In this document: piece by piece, positions 28,018 to 37,317 of the stretch
Layout: each line of letters opens with the position of its first letter
How positions within the stretch are numbered: the stretch's first letter is position 1
From: Thalassovita sp.
GTDB lineage: Bacteria > Pseudomonadota > Alphaproteobacteria > Rhodobacterales > Rhodobacteraceae
Direction of reading: 5' to 3'
DNA length: 64,000 bases
NCBI RefSeq assembly: GCF_965218685.1
Contig: NZ_OZ244657.1
Location: 55,639-119,638, forward strand
Notes under the pieces: model-generated
Databases searched by the model: none
What the model was told of the DNA's origin: nothing
What the model saw: only the letters and a program-made list of their open reading frames with translations
Made by a program: the position numbers and the translations under genes

Positions 28018-29411
28018 AACAGGACCGAGGCAGCAAGTCCGAGGAAGGCGAAAAAGCCCACCACATCTGTCACCGTGGTCACGAACGGCCCCGAGGCCAG
28101 CGCCGGGTCCACGCCGAAACGGTCCAGCGCCATTGGGATGATGATACCTCCGATCGCGGCAGCCACTTGCGTCAGCACCATGGCCACGCCAATCACGATC
28201 GCCAGCATGGGCACCCCGAACCACAGCGCGGCAACGCCGGCCATAACAACGCCGAACAACACACCGTTCAGCGCACCAACGGAAATCTCGCGCCAAACCA
28301 CGCGCATGGCGTTTTGCGCCGTCAGGTCACGCGTGGCCAGCGCCCGCACCGTCACCGTCATGGTCTGAGTGCCCGCATTTCCCCCCATCGAGGCAACGAT
28401 CGGCATCAACACGGCCAAGGCAACCATTTGGTCGATGGTTTCAGCAAACATATCGATCACCAACGAGGCCAGGATCGCCGTGAACAGGTTCACGAACAGC
28501 CACGTTGCGCGGCCCTTGGCCGCCTCGAGGATGCTGTCGGACAGGCTGGCCTCGTCGCTCACACCGGCCAGGCGCAGAATGTCCTCTTCGTGTTCTTCAT
28601 CCAGAACAGTCATGGCATCGTCGATGGTGATGACACCGACCAGCCGACCGTCCTCGTCCACCACAGGAGCCGAGATCAGGTGATACTGGTTGAACGCATA
28701 GGCGACATCGCCTTCGTCCTGCATCACCGGAATGACCCGAAACGCCTCTTCCACGATCTGGGTCAGCGGCACGTCCCGGCCCGAGGACATGATCTTGCCC
28801 AGGGTCACGTTCCCCATCGGATGCATCCGCGGATCAACAAGGATCACGTGGTAAAACTGGTCGGGCAAGTCCTCGGCATGGCGCAGAAAGTCAATCGCGT
28901 CACCCACCGTCCAATGTTCGGGCGCGGTAACGACCTCGCGTTGCATAAGACGGCCCGCGGCGTATTCGGGATAGCTGAGCGCCTGTTCAACCGCGACCCT
29001 GTCGCTGTCTTCCAGCGCCTCAAGGATCGCCTCTTGCTGGGGCTCGTCCAGATCTTCGACCAGATCGACAACGTCGTCGGTTTCCAGCTCACGCACGGCT
29101 TCGGCCAGAATATCCGGATGCAAGACGGCGATAATTTCTTCCCGGATGCTCTCGTCCAGTTCCGACAGGATATCGCCGTCGAAGTCCTGACCAAACAGCA
29201 GCACAAGACGGCGCCGGTCAAAGGTATTGAGCTGTTCCAGAAGGTCGGCGATGTCGGCAGGGTGCAGAGGTTCCAGCAGCTCGCGCAGCTTGCTGGCGTC
29301 TTCTGTGTCCACCGCGTACAGAATTGCAGCGACGTCACGCTTGACCAGCTTGTACTCACCCTTTTCAAGGATTTCAGGCTGGGTGCTTTCGATGCTGGTG
29401 TCTTCGCTCAT
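28014..29411 (-). CDS. mgtE: Magnesium transporter MgtE
   Basis: LHPADIA N-domain, CBS pair (AGRLM...GVITIDD), ASMGGNAGTQ, DPALASGPFVTTVTD. Confidence 0.95.
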   Translation of the reverse strand: MSEDTSIESTQPEILEKGEYKLVKRDVAAILYAVDTEDASKLRELLEPLHPADIADLLEQLNTFDRRRLVLLFGQDFDGDILSELDESIREEIIAVLHPDILAEAVRELETDDVVDLVEDLDEPQQEAILEALEDSDRVAVEQALSYPEYAAGRLMQREVVTAPEHWTVGDAIDFLRHAEDLPDQFYHVILVDPRMHPMGNVTLGKIMSSGRDVPLTQIVEEAFRVIPVMQDEGDVAYAFNQYHLISAPVVDEDGRLVGVITIDDAMTVLDEEHEEDILRLAGVSDEASLSDSILEAAKGRATWLFVNLFTAILASLVIDMFAETIDQMVALAVLMPIVASMGGNAGTQTMTVTVRALATRDLTAQNAMRVVWREISVGALNGVLFGVVMAGVAALWFGVPMLAIVIGVAMVLTQVAAAIGGIIIPMALDRFGVDPALASGPFVTTVTDVVGFFAFLGLAASVLL

Positions 29412-29540
29412 CGCGCCCTCCTGGTTTGCCCTGTTTGCCGTCACGTTTGTCATAAAGGAAGGTCAGGGCAGGAAACAATGGGCGGCGGCGATTTACCTGC
29501 GAATTCTGACGCAATACGGTGATTTGAAAAGGAACGTGCC

Positions 29541-30857
29541 ATGAACAGTGACATTCTTCTTCTGGGGCAGACGCTGAGCTTTGCCGCCGACCCGTTTCAG
29601 CAAGGCCCCGAGGCCGCGCAGATCCACGCACGCGGGGCTGTGCTGATCCGTGATGGCCTGATCATGGAAACCGGTCCGGCGGATGACCTGCGCGCGGCCT
29701 ATCCGCAAGCCGTTGTGACCGATCACGGTGATGCGCTGATCATGGCCGGCTTCATCGACGCGCATGTTCATTATCCCCAGACTGCAATGATCGCCAGCTG
29801 GGGCAAGCGGCTGATCGACTGGTTGAACCACTATACCTTCCCCGAAGAACAGCAGTTCGCAGACCCCGCCTATGCCGCAGAAATCGCGGGACGCTATCTG
29901 GATCTGACCCTGGCCAATGGCACAACCAGCGTGGTCAGCTTTTGCACCATTCACCCCGCCAGCGTAGAGGCGTTCTTTGGCGCCGCGCAACAACGTGGCC
30001 AGCGCGTGGTGGCCGGTAAAACCTGCATGGACCGTGATACGGCACCCGATTTTCTGCGCGACACGGCGCAATCCGCTTATGACGACAGCAAGGCCCTATT
30101 GGAGAAATGGCACGGGACTGACCGTCTGTCCTATGCGATCACGCCCCGGTTTTCACCGACGTCAACCCCCGATCAGCTTGCGGCCCTAGGCGCCTTGTGG
30201 GCCGAACACCCCGATTGCCTGATGCAAACGCACCTTTCCGAACAGGTGGACGAAATCGCCTGGGTCAAATCGCTGTACCCCGAGGCGCGCGATTATCTGG
30301 ATACCTACGAGGAACACGGGCTTTTGCGCCCCGGCGGCATGTACGGCCACGCAATCCACCTTGAGGACCGCGAAAAGGATCGCCTGTTGGAGGTAGACGC
30401 CGCGCTGGTGCATTGTCCGACATCTAACACGTTTATCGGCTCGGGCCTGTTTGATATGGGCGGGCTGATGGCTGACGGGCACCGGATCGGGCTGGCGACG
30501 GACACGGGCGGGGGCTCGTCCTTTTCCATGCTTCGGACCATGGCGGCGGCCTATGAGATCGGCCAGTTGCGTCATCGCCCCCTGCACCCGTCCGAGCTGT
30601 TGTGGCTGGCCACCACCGGGTCTGCCCGCGCCATACGAATGGAGGATAAGATCGGCAACCTGGCGCCGGGGATGGAGGCGGATATCGTCGTGCTGGACTT
30701 GGCGTCGACCCCCGCAATCGCGCAACGCAGCGCCCGCGCCGAAGACCTGTGGGAAGCTGTCTTTCCCACCATCATGATGGGTGACGATCGTGCAATCTCA
30801 GCGGTTTACCTGGCCGGTCAGCGCACGCATTTGCCGCCCAAATCCATCACCCAGTAA
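29541..30857 (+). CDS. guaD: Guanine deaminase
   Basis: GFIDAHVHYPQ, ITPRFSPTS, MQTHLSE, YGHAIH, HCPTSN, LATDTGGG. Confidence 0.93.
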   Translation: MNSDILLLGQTLSFAADPFQQGPEAAQIHARGAVLIRDGLIMETGPADDLRAAYPQAVVTDHGDALIMAGFIDAHVHYPQTAMIASWGKRLIDWLNHYTFPEEQQFADPAYAAEIAGRYLDLTLANGTTSVVSFCTIHPASVEAFFGAAQQRGQRVVAGKTCMDRDTAPDFLRDTAQSAYDDSKALLEKWHGTDRLSYAITPRFSPTSTPDQLAALGALWAEHPDCLMQTHLSEQVDEIAWVKSLYPEARDYLDTYEEHGLLRPGGMYGHAIHLEDREKDRLLEVDAALVHCPTSNTFIGSGLFDMGGLMADGHRIGLATDTGGGSSFSMLRTMAAAYEIGQLRHRPLHPSELLWLATTGSARAIRMEDKIGNLAPGMEADIVVLDLASTPAIAQRSARAEDLWEAVFPTIMMGDDRAISAVYLAGQRTHLPPKSITQ

Positions 30858-31276
30858 CCCCCGGCCGAGCCGATCCCAACATGGGTATACTTGGGGTTCA
30901 GCATGTTGCGGCGATGCGGGGGCGAGTTCATCCACATCTGGATCGCCTGTTCCTCGGTCTTGGCTTTTTCCGTCAGGTTTTCGGCAAGCGACGCAACGCA
31001 ATACCCCTCGTCCGAAACGCGTTTATCAAAATTCACCCCATCGGGATTGACGTGAGCGTAAAAGCCCCGCCGAACCATGTCGTTGGCGTGGTGCTGTGCC
31101 GCGCGGGTCAGGGCCCCGTTATATTTCAAGGGAGGAACGCCCGCGTTTAGACGCACCTGTTTCAACGTCAGGCTGCCGGATGTGGCCACCGCCGCCGGAG
31201 CCATGTTCGTGGTCGTAGACTGGCACCCGGCCAGCCCGATTGCGCAGATCACTGCAAGCCCAAGCGTTTTCTTCAT
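30818..31276 (-). CDS. CAP/SCP-domain lipoprotein
   Basis: Lipobox LAGC; AQHHANDM, AEN, WMNSPPHRRNML, VGIG CAP motifs. Confidence 0.85.
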   Translation of the reverse strand: MKKTLGLAVICAIGLAGCQSTTTNMAPAAVATSGSLTLKQVRLNAGVPPLKYNGALTRAAQHHANDMVRRGFYAHVNPDGVNFDKRVSDEGYCVASLAENLTEKAKTEEQAIQMWMNSPPHRRNMLNPKYTHVGIGSAGGYWVMDLGGKCVR

Positions 31277-31287
31277 TGCCCTGCCCT

Positions 31288-32634
31288 TTAGCTCATCAAT
31301 TTGTGCACCAGTTGCGTCTGTCGCGCGATCAGGGCCTGGGTGTCGATCGTCACCACATGGCCATCGCGCACGATCTGGCGTCCTTCGACGAAAAGATAGC
31401 GCACCTTTCGCGGCCCTGCCAATAACAAGGCGGCCGGATCCCAGCTGCCGGCGCTTTCCAGCCCAGAGGTGTCCCAAATGGCGATGTCAGCGCGTTTTCC
31501 GACGCTGATCTGGCCGCAATCGGGGCGGTTCAGCACCTCGGCGCCGCCGCGTGTCGCGATGCGCAGGGCCTCGCGGGCGCTCATTGCGTCGGCGCCTTTT
31601 GTAACCCGCTGCAACAGCATCGCCTGACGGGCCTCTTCCATCAGGTTCGAGCTGTCATTGCTGGCCGAACCATCGACCCCCAGTCCCACCGGCACGCCTG
31701 CATCCCGCATCGCGCGGACGGGGGCGATCCCGCTGCCCAGGCGACAGTTCGAGCAAGGGCAATGCGCAACGCCCGTGCGAGTGCGGGCAAAAAGGTCAAT
31801 CTCGGCCCCGTCCAGTTTCACGCAATGAGCATGCCAGACGTCATCGCCGGTCCAGCCCAGATCCTCGGCGTATTGACCCGGGCGACAGCCAAATTTTTCC
31901 AGACTATAGGCGATATCCTCGTCGTTTTCGGCCAGATGGGTATGCAACATCACACCCTTGTCCCGCGCCAGCAGGGCGGCGTCGCGCATCAGCTCTCGGC
32001 TGACGGAAAAGGGCGAGCACGGGGCGATCCCAACGCGGGTCATCGCACCTTCAGAGGGATCATGAAACGCGTCAACCACACGGATGCAGTCATTCAGGAT
32101 GGCTTCTTCACGCTCGACCAGGCTGTCAGGGGGCAGACCGCCGTCGCTTTCGCCGATGCTCATGGCCCCGCGCGTGGGGTGGAACCGCAAACCCAGTTCG
32201 CTGGCGGCGTGGATCGTGTCCTCCAGCCGTGCGCCGTTGGGATAAAGATACAGGTGATCCGAGCTGAGCGTGCAGCCAGACAGCGCCAGTTCCGCAAGAC
32301 CGATCTGGGCCGACACGAACATTTCCTCAGGTCCGAACTGTGCCCAGATGGGATACAGCGTCTGAAGCCAGCCAAACAGCAACGCGTCCTGCCCACCGGG
32401 AACGGCGCGGGTCAGGGTTTGATACAGGTGGTGGTGCGTATTCACCAAACCGGGTGTCACAACACAGCCGCGGGCCTCGACGATCTGACCGGCAGAGCTT
32501 AGGCCATGCCCGACAGCGGCGATCGAGCCATCGCGGATCAGGATATCAGCCCCGCGCAGCTCGGTTTCTGCATCGTCCATCGTCAGCAGATGGTCGGCGT
32601 TACGGATCAGGGTTTCGGTAAGGTTTGGCATCAT
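31288..32634 (-). CDS. 8-oxoguanine deaminase-like amidohydrolase
   Basis: PGLVNTHHHLYQTLTRA, APCSPFSV, HTHLAEN, WHAHCV, HCPCSNCRLGSG, GVDGSASND. Confidence 0.85.
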   Translation of the reverse strand: MMPNLTETLIRNADHLLTMDDAETELRGADILIRDGSIAAVGHGLSSAGQIVEARGCVVTPGLVNTHHHLYQTLTRAVPGGQDALLFGWLQTLYPIWAQFGPEEMFVSAQIGLAELALSGCTLSSDHLYLYPNGARLEDTIHAASELGLRFHPTRGAMSIGESDGGLPPDSLVEREEAILNDCIRVVDAFHDPSEGAMTRVGIAPCSPFSVSRELMRDAALLARDKGVMLHTHLAENDEDIAYSLEKFGCRPGQYAEDLGWTGDDVWHAHCVKLDGAEIDLFARTRTGVAHCPCSNCRLGSGIAPVRAMRDAGVPVGLGVDGSASNDSSNLMEEARQAMLLQRVTKGADAMSAREALRIATRGGAEVLNRPDCGQISVGKRADIAIWDTSGLESAGSWDPAALLLAGPRKVRYLFVEGRQIVRDGHVVTIDTQALIARQTQLVHKLMS

Positions 32635-32736
32635 GTCACACTCGGGTCTGGCCCCTTTCGGTCAGAGTGTGACACGGCGCGACAGAAAGGGACAAAGGAC
32701 TCGCGCCGTTATCCCAGTATGCTTACCCCGTTTCGG

Positions 32737-33528
32737 TCAATCAAGAGGCACATCGCGCAGAATTTCCAGCGCCGCGTTGTGCTGTTCAACCCCGGCCGCG
32801 GCGATGGCGCGCCCGCCTTCATGCGCCGGGCGACCCTGCCAATCGGTCACGATCCCGCCCGCGGCCTGGATCAACGCGATGGGCGCCTGAATGTCATAGT
32901 TGGACAGGCCTGCCTCGATCACCAAGTCAATATGGCCCGCCGCAAGCAGCGCATAGGCATAGCAATCCATGCCATATCGGGTCAGCTTGCACTGGCTGGC
33001 GACTTTGTGAAACCCTTCGGCCTCGGGCTTGGTGCCGACCTCGGGGAAGGTCGTGAAAATTATCGCCTCGGACAAGGGACGCGAGCCCATGGTGCGCAGT
33101 TCGCGATCCCCGTGAGGGCCCTGCATGGCGTGTTCGCCCAGACCGCCCCAGAACCGCTCGCCAATGTAAGGCTGATCGATCATCCCAAGAAATGGCCCCT
33201 TTTCATCCGAGGCCGCGATCAGCACGCCCCAGGTGGGCGTTCCGGACAAAAATCCACGCGTGCCGTCAATTGGGTCCAGAACCCAGGACACGCCGCTGGT
33301 GCCTGGGGTCGCGCCGAATTCCTCGCCGATGATCGCGTCATCAGGGCGCATTTTTGCCAAGACCGCACGCATTGCCTTTTCGGCGGCGTGATCGCCCGCA
33401 GTGACAGGATCAAAACCCGTAGCCCATTTGTTTTCGGCCTGCAGGCCGGGCTGACGAAAATAGGGACGGATCGCCTCGCGCGCGGCGTCGGCCAAAGCAT
33501 GAGCTGTCAAAAGAAGATCATCTTGCAT
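32737..33528 (-). CDS. hisN: Histidinol-phosphatase (inositol monophosphatase family)
   Basis: FDPVT, IGEEFG, WVLDPIDGTRGFLSGTPTWG, DCYAY, YDIQAP. Confidence 0.75.
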   Translation of the reverse strand: MQDDLLLTAHALADAAREAIRPYFRQPGLQAENKWATGFDPVTAGDHAAEKAMRAVLAKMRPDDAIIGEEFGATPGTSGVSWVLDPIDGTRGFLSGTPTWGVLIAASDEKGPFLGMIDQPYIGERFWGGLGEHAMQGPHGDRELRTMGSRPLSEAIIFTTFPEVGTKPEAEGFHKVASQCKLTRYGMDCYAYALLAAGHIDLVIEAGLSNYDIQAPIALIQAAGGIVTDWQGRPAHEGGRAIAAAGVEQHNAALEILRDVPLD

Positions 33529-33595
33529 GTCGAGGTCCTTGACCAATCTTATCCATAGGGGCGCCCATTGCGCCTACACCAAGGACCCCGACGGC

Positions 33596-33967
33596 TCAAG
33601 CCGCGTTGGACATGGCCCGCGCCAGATCCAGAAGATGCCGCCGCTGCGGCGCCGGAATGGAATAGTAAGCACGCAGCAGCTCTTGGGCTTCGCGTTTGTT
33701 GAATTTCTCGGTCTCCGTGCTGTCCGAACCGCCCTGCGCGGCCGTTTCGGTGTTCAGTTCTTCAAAGAGGTACTCGACGCTGACCTCAAGCGCCTGTGAA
33801 ATCCGCCATAACCGTGACGCGCTGACCCGGTTGGCCCCGGTTTCGTATTTCTGAATTTGCTGGAACTTGGTTCCAACACTCTCGGCCAGTTGCTGTTGGG
33901 TCATCCCCATCATCCACCGGCGCTGACGAATGCGCATGCCCACATGCACATCGATTGGATGCGCCAT
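33596..33967 (-). CDS. XRE-family HTH regulator, PraR/PhrR-like
   Basis: HPIDVHVGMRIRQRR...TQQQLAESVGTKFQQIQKYETGANRVSASRL matches the PraR/PhrR N-terminal pattern. Confidence 0.85.
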   Translation of the reverse strand: MAHPIDVHVGMRIRQRRWMMGMTQQQLAESVGTKFQQIQKYETGANRVSASRLWRISQALEVSVEYLFEELNTETAAQGGSDSTETEKFNKREAQELLRAYYSIPAPQRRHLLDLARAMSNAA

Positions 33968-34224
33968 TGTATTCGCTCCTTTCCACTCACATTTATCGCT
34001 TAAGCTGCACGAAACACACAACCCACTCGCCTTGCGATATTTTCACTGATGACAGCCGGGAGACTATCACCAATTCCTAATTGAACAACTAAGCGATTGC
34101 CTCAAAGGGGAATTCTGTCGAACTTGCAGCACAAGCGCCGTGAAACTACGGTACGTCCTGCGACCAAAGGGCCTATTTTTTCGCAGGTGCGCGCCTCGCA
34201 TAACACTCGCAACCGGAGGGAAAA

Positions 34225-35184
34225 ATGCGCGCATTTCATATTTTCAAGGCAGGACAGAACCCCGAACTGACAGATCTTGAACTGCCCCAGCCCGGCCCGG
34301 GCCAATTGCGGCTGCGGATCAAGGCTTGCGGGTTGAATTTTGCCGATTTGCTGATGATCAAGGGCAAATATCAGGACACACCGCAGGCCCCCTTTACCAT
34401 GGGCATGGAGGTTGGCGGCATCGTTGATGCCTTGGGCCCCGACACTGACGGCCCCGCCCTCGGCACACGCGTGGCGGTGTTTGGCGGTCAAGGCGGGCTG
34501 GCGGAATACGGCGTTTTCGATCTGAACCGCTGCGTCGAGATCCCCGACACCATGAGCTTCGAGGACGCCGCTGCCTTTCAGGTTGCCTATGGCACCAGCC
34601 ATGTCGCCCTGGAACACCGCGCGCGGATGCAACCGGGCGAAACGCTGCTGGTCACCGGCGCGGCCGGTGGTGTGGGGCTGACGGCGGTTGAGATCGGCAA
34701 ACTGATGGGTGCGACCGTGATTGCTTGCGCACGCGGAGCAGACAAGTTGCAGGTCGCCAAGGCCGCCGGCGCTGACCATCTGATCGACGCCAGGACCGAA
34801 GATATCCGGCAGGTTGTGCGCGATCTTGGCGGTGCGGATGTTGTCTATGACGCCGTGGGTGGCGAGCAATGGGAGGCCGCCTTTCGCGCCTGCAAACCCG
34901 AAGCCCGACTGCTTCCCATCGGCTTTGCCAGCGGAGATGTCCCGCAAATTCCAGCCAACCACCTTTTGGTGAAAAACCTTACTGTCTTAGGGGTTTACTG
35001 GGGTGGCTACCTGAAATTCCGTCCCGAAGTGATCACCGACAGCCTGCGCACCATGCTGGGCTGGTACGAAGAAGGTAAGCTGAAGCCCCACGTCAGCCAT
35101 GTCCTGCCGCTGGAGCAAGCCGCCGAAGGCCTGGAGCTGCTGCGCGCCCGCAAGTCCACGGGCAAAGTGGTGATCACGCCCTAA
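34225..35184 (+). CDS. NADPH:quinone oxidoreductase (zeta-crystallin/MDR family)
   Basis: CGLNFADLLM..GKYQ, GAAGGVG, GFASG, RKSTGKVVI. Confidence 0.88.
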   Translation: MRAFHIFKAGQNPELTDLELPQPGPGQLRLRIKACGLNFADLLMIKGKYQDTPQAPFTMGMEVGGIVDALGPDTDGPALGTRVAVFGGQGGLAEYGVFDLNRCVEIPDTMSFEDAAAFQVAYGTSHVALEHRARMQPGETLLVTGAAGGVGLTAVEIGKLMGATVIACARGADKLQVAKAAGADHLIDARTEDIRQVVRDLGGADVVYDAVGGEQWEAAFRACKPEARLLPIGFASGDVPQIPANHLLVKNLTVLGVYWGGYLKFRPEVITDSLRTMLGWYEEGKLKPHVSHVLPLEQAAEGLELLRARKSTGKVVITP

Positions 35185-35190
35185 GCGGCC

Positions 35191-36063
35191 TCACATCATC
35201 TGGTAGGACACGCGCAGCTGATCGGTGAGGTAATCCAGCACCTCGCCCTTCAGGCGTTTGCTGCCCTTCGCCGCTTGGTCGGACACGTACATGTTGATGT
35301 GCTGCGTCTCCAGTGCGGGCAAAACGCCGCCATGCTCGATCACCTCAAGATGCGCGGGTTCGGTGCCTGCGATCATGGTGTGGACGGCCAGATCGGCGCT
35401 GACCGTGGCCTCGATGGTGCGGTCGGATTCGGTTTCGACAGCAATTTCCCAATCAATGTCGGTGCCTTCCAGCGCCGCAATCGCGCCCAGGCGAAAAATA
35501 CAGTGCCGCCCGAATGCGAGCCGAAGCGGGCGCTGTTTCCACGCATGCCCCCCCGGCGCGCCAATCCAGCACAAAGGCTTGGTGGTCAGGGTTTCGCCAC
35601 CCGCCCCGACCTCGGATTCGGTGGTCAGAATCACGTCACATTCGCCGTTTTGGTGCTGCGCCATCAGATCGCGCGTATTCGACGAGATCAGATGCACCTT
35701 CATCCGCGGGAACTGGTGACTAAAGCGCTGCAGCACCTGCGGGACGGCCGGATAGACGATGTCATGCGGCACGCCCAGGGTCAGCTCGCCCTCGAAAACC
35801 TGGTCGGTCATGCGAGCCATCACCTCGTCGTTCAGATCGACCATGCGGCGCGCATAGCTGCGCAATTGCTCGCCTGCCGCTGTCAGGGCAATAGTTCGGT
35901 TCGAGCGGTCCAGCAATTGCTGGCCCAGCAACTCTTCCAGCCGTTTGAGCTGCATCGAGACAGCCGATTGCGTCAGGTTCAACGCCCCGGCCGCCCGCGT
36001 CACCCCGCCCAGATCGGCCACGGCCACGAAAGAGCGCAGGGTCGTTACATCCAAATTCCGCAT
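35191..36063 (-). CDS. LysR-family regulator
   Basis: LRSFVAVADLGGVTRAAGALNLTQSAVSMQLKRLE HTH plus a LysR substrate domain. Confidence 0.92.
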   Translation of the reverse strand: MRNLDVTTLRSFVAVADLGGVTRAAGALNLTQSAVSMQLKRLEELLGQQLLDRSNRTIALTAAGEQLRSYARRMVDLNDEVMARMTDQVFEGELTLGVPHDIVYPAVPQVLQRFSHQFPRMKVHLISSNTRDLMAQHQNGECDVILTTESEVGAGGETLTTKPLCWIGAPGGHAWKQRPLRLAFGRHCIFRLGAIAALEGTDIDWEIAVETESDRTIEATVSADLAVHTMIAGTEPAHLEVIEHGGVLPALETQHINMYVSDQAAKGSKRLKGEVLDYLTDQLRVSYQMM

Positions 36064-36066
36064 ATC

Positions 36067-36148
36067 ATCACCAACCTTGATGCTTCATCTAATAAACATT
36101 CATTTCCAATATGAATCACACTGCGTCATATACATCAACATAAATGAT
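36067..36148. promoter_or_regulatory. LysR T-N11-A boxes in the divergent promoter
   Basis: ATCA-N7-TGAT at 36067-36081 and 36134-36148 in an AT-rich intergenic region. Confidence 0.6.
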
Positions 36149-36184
36149 GAAAAGTCCACCAAGCATCACGAAGGAAGGTCAGCT

Positions 36185-36403
36185 ATGTTTACTCTCATCT
36201 CTTCTCACCGCGCCACGCTGCCCCGTGCCAGCCGTCCGTCGCTGATGGCCCGCGTTCTGGGGGCGCTCAGCCTGCATCGCCAGCGTCAGCGCCTTGCCCA
36301 GTTGGACGACGCCATGCTGCGTGACATCGGCCTGACCCGTGCCCAAGCGAACAAAGAGGCCGCCCGCCCCGTGTGGGACGCCCCCACGCATTGGCAAGGC
36401 TAA
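36185..36403 (+). CDS. DUF1127-domain small protein (72 aa)
   Basis: RQRQRLAQLDDAMLRDIGLTRAQA is the DUF1127 core; GAAGG RBS. Confidence 0.88.
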   Translation: MFTLISSHRATLPRASRPSLMARVLGALSLHRQRQRLAQLDDAMLRDIGLTRAQANKEAARPVWDAPTHWQG

Positions 36404-36445
36404 CTCAAATTAAAGCAGTTTCGGCGCGATTTCGCGCCGGAAAAC

Positions 36446-36474
36446 CTTGAAAAACCACCCGTTGTCACCGATAT
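36446..36474 (+). promoter_or_regulatory. Candidate RpoH-type promoter for yccA
   Basis: CTTGAA-N16-CCGATAT resembles the alphaproteobacterial RpoH consensus CTTGAA-N15/16-CCTATAT. Confidence 0.5.
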
Positions 36475-36525
36475 TTTAGCCAAGCCCGCGCGAACGGGCA
36501 TCAGTTTCACCTTTCGGAGGCTTTT

Positions 36526-37263
36526 ATGGCTGAATTCAACACGATGCGAGCGGCGGCCGGAACCCGCACCGCTGAAATCGACGCTGGGCTGCGCGCCCAC
36601 ATGAACAAGGTCTACGGGACCATGTCTATCGGCATGCTGCTGACTTTTGCAGTGGCTTGGGCCGTGGGCACCTCGCCTGCGCTGCTGGGCGTGTTCCGCG
36701 ACCCCATGACCCTGCAACCCAACATTCTGGGTTGGATTGTCATGTTCGCCCCGCTGATCATGGTCTTTGCTTTCGGCGCCGCCATCAACCGCCTGTCGGC
36801 AGCCGGGGCGCAGCTGTTCTTCTACGCTTTTGCGTCCGTCATGGGTCTGTCCCTGGCCTGGATTTTCGTGGCCTTCACCGGCTTCTCGATCGCCCAGGTG
36901 TTCCTGGTTACCTCGATCGCCTTCGCAGGCCTGTCGCTGGTAGGCTACACCACCAAGAAGGACCTGTCCGGCATGGGCACCTTCCTGATCATGGGTGTGA
37001 TCGGTCTGATCGTGGCTTCGATCATCAACATCTTCCTGGGCTCGCCCGCGATCATGTTCGCGATCTCGATCCTGGGTGTGCTGATCTTTGCCGGTCTGAC
37101 CGCCTATGACACGCAGAACATCAAGAACACCTACCTGGCCCACGCACAGCATGGCGATCAGGAATGGCTGGGTAAGGCCGCCATCATGGGCGCACTGAAC
37201 CTGTATCTGGACTTCATCAACATGTTCATGTTCCTGCTGCAGCTGCTGGGCAACCGCGAATAA
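36526..37263 (+). CDS. yccA: Bax inhibitor-1/YccA-family membrane protein
   Basis: IDAGLRAHMNKVY, GLTAYDTQNIK, ALNLYLDFINMF; seven TM segments. Confidence 0.9.
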   Translation: MAEFNTMRAAAGTRTAEIDAGLRAHMNKVYGTMSIGMLLTFAVAWAVGTSPALLGVFRDPMTLQPNILGWIVMFAPLIMVFAFGAAINRLSAAGAQLFFYAFASVMGLSLAWIFVAFTGFSIAQVFLVTSIAFAGLSLVGYTTKKDLSGMGTFLIMGVIGLIVASIINIFLGSPAIMFAISILGVLIFAGLTAYDTQNIKNTYLAHAQHGDQEWLGKAAIMGALNLYLDFINMFMFLLQLLGNRE

Positions 37264-37283
37264 GCGATACTGCCAGACAAACG

Positions 37284-37314
37284 AAAAGGGCCGGTCACTG
37301 CGACCGGCCCTTTT
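37284..37314. terminator. Bidirectional intrinsic terminator
   Basis: AAAAGGGCCGGTC-ACTGC-GACCGGCCCTTTT between converging genes. Confidence 0.9.
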
Positions 37315-37317
37315 TCG

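Noticed and set aside
33549-33557. Single DnaA-box-like TTATCCATA upstream of hisN; CtrA half-sites near 43000 and 43131
   Set aside because: Isolated imperfect matches are expected by chance and have no supporting second site.
36404-36525. Cuckoo/CcsR sRNA array downstream of the DUF1127 gene
   Set aside because: No CCUCCUCCC-loop repeats; only one short hairpin and the yccA promoter.
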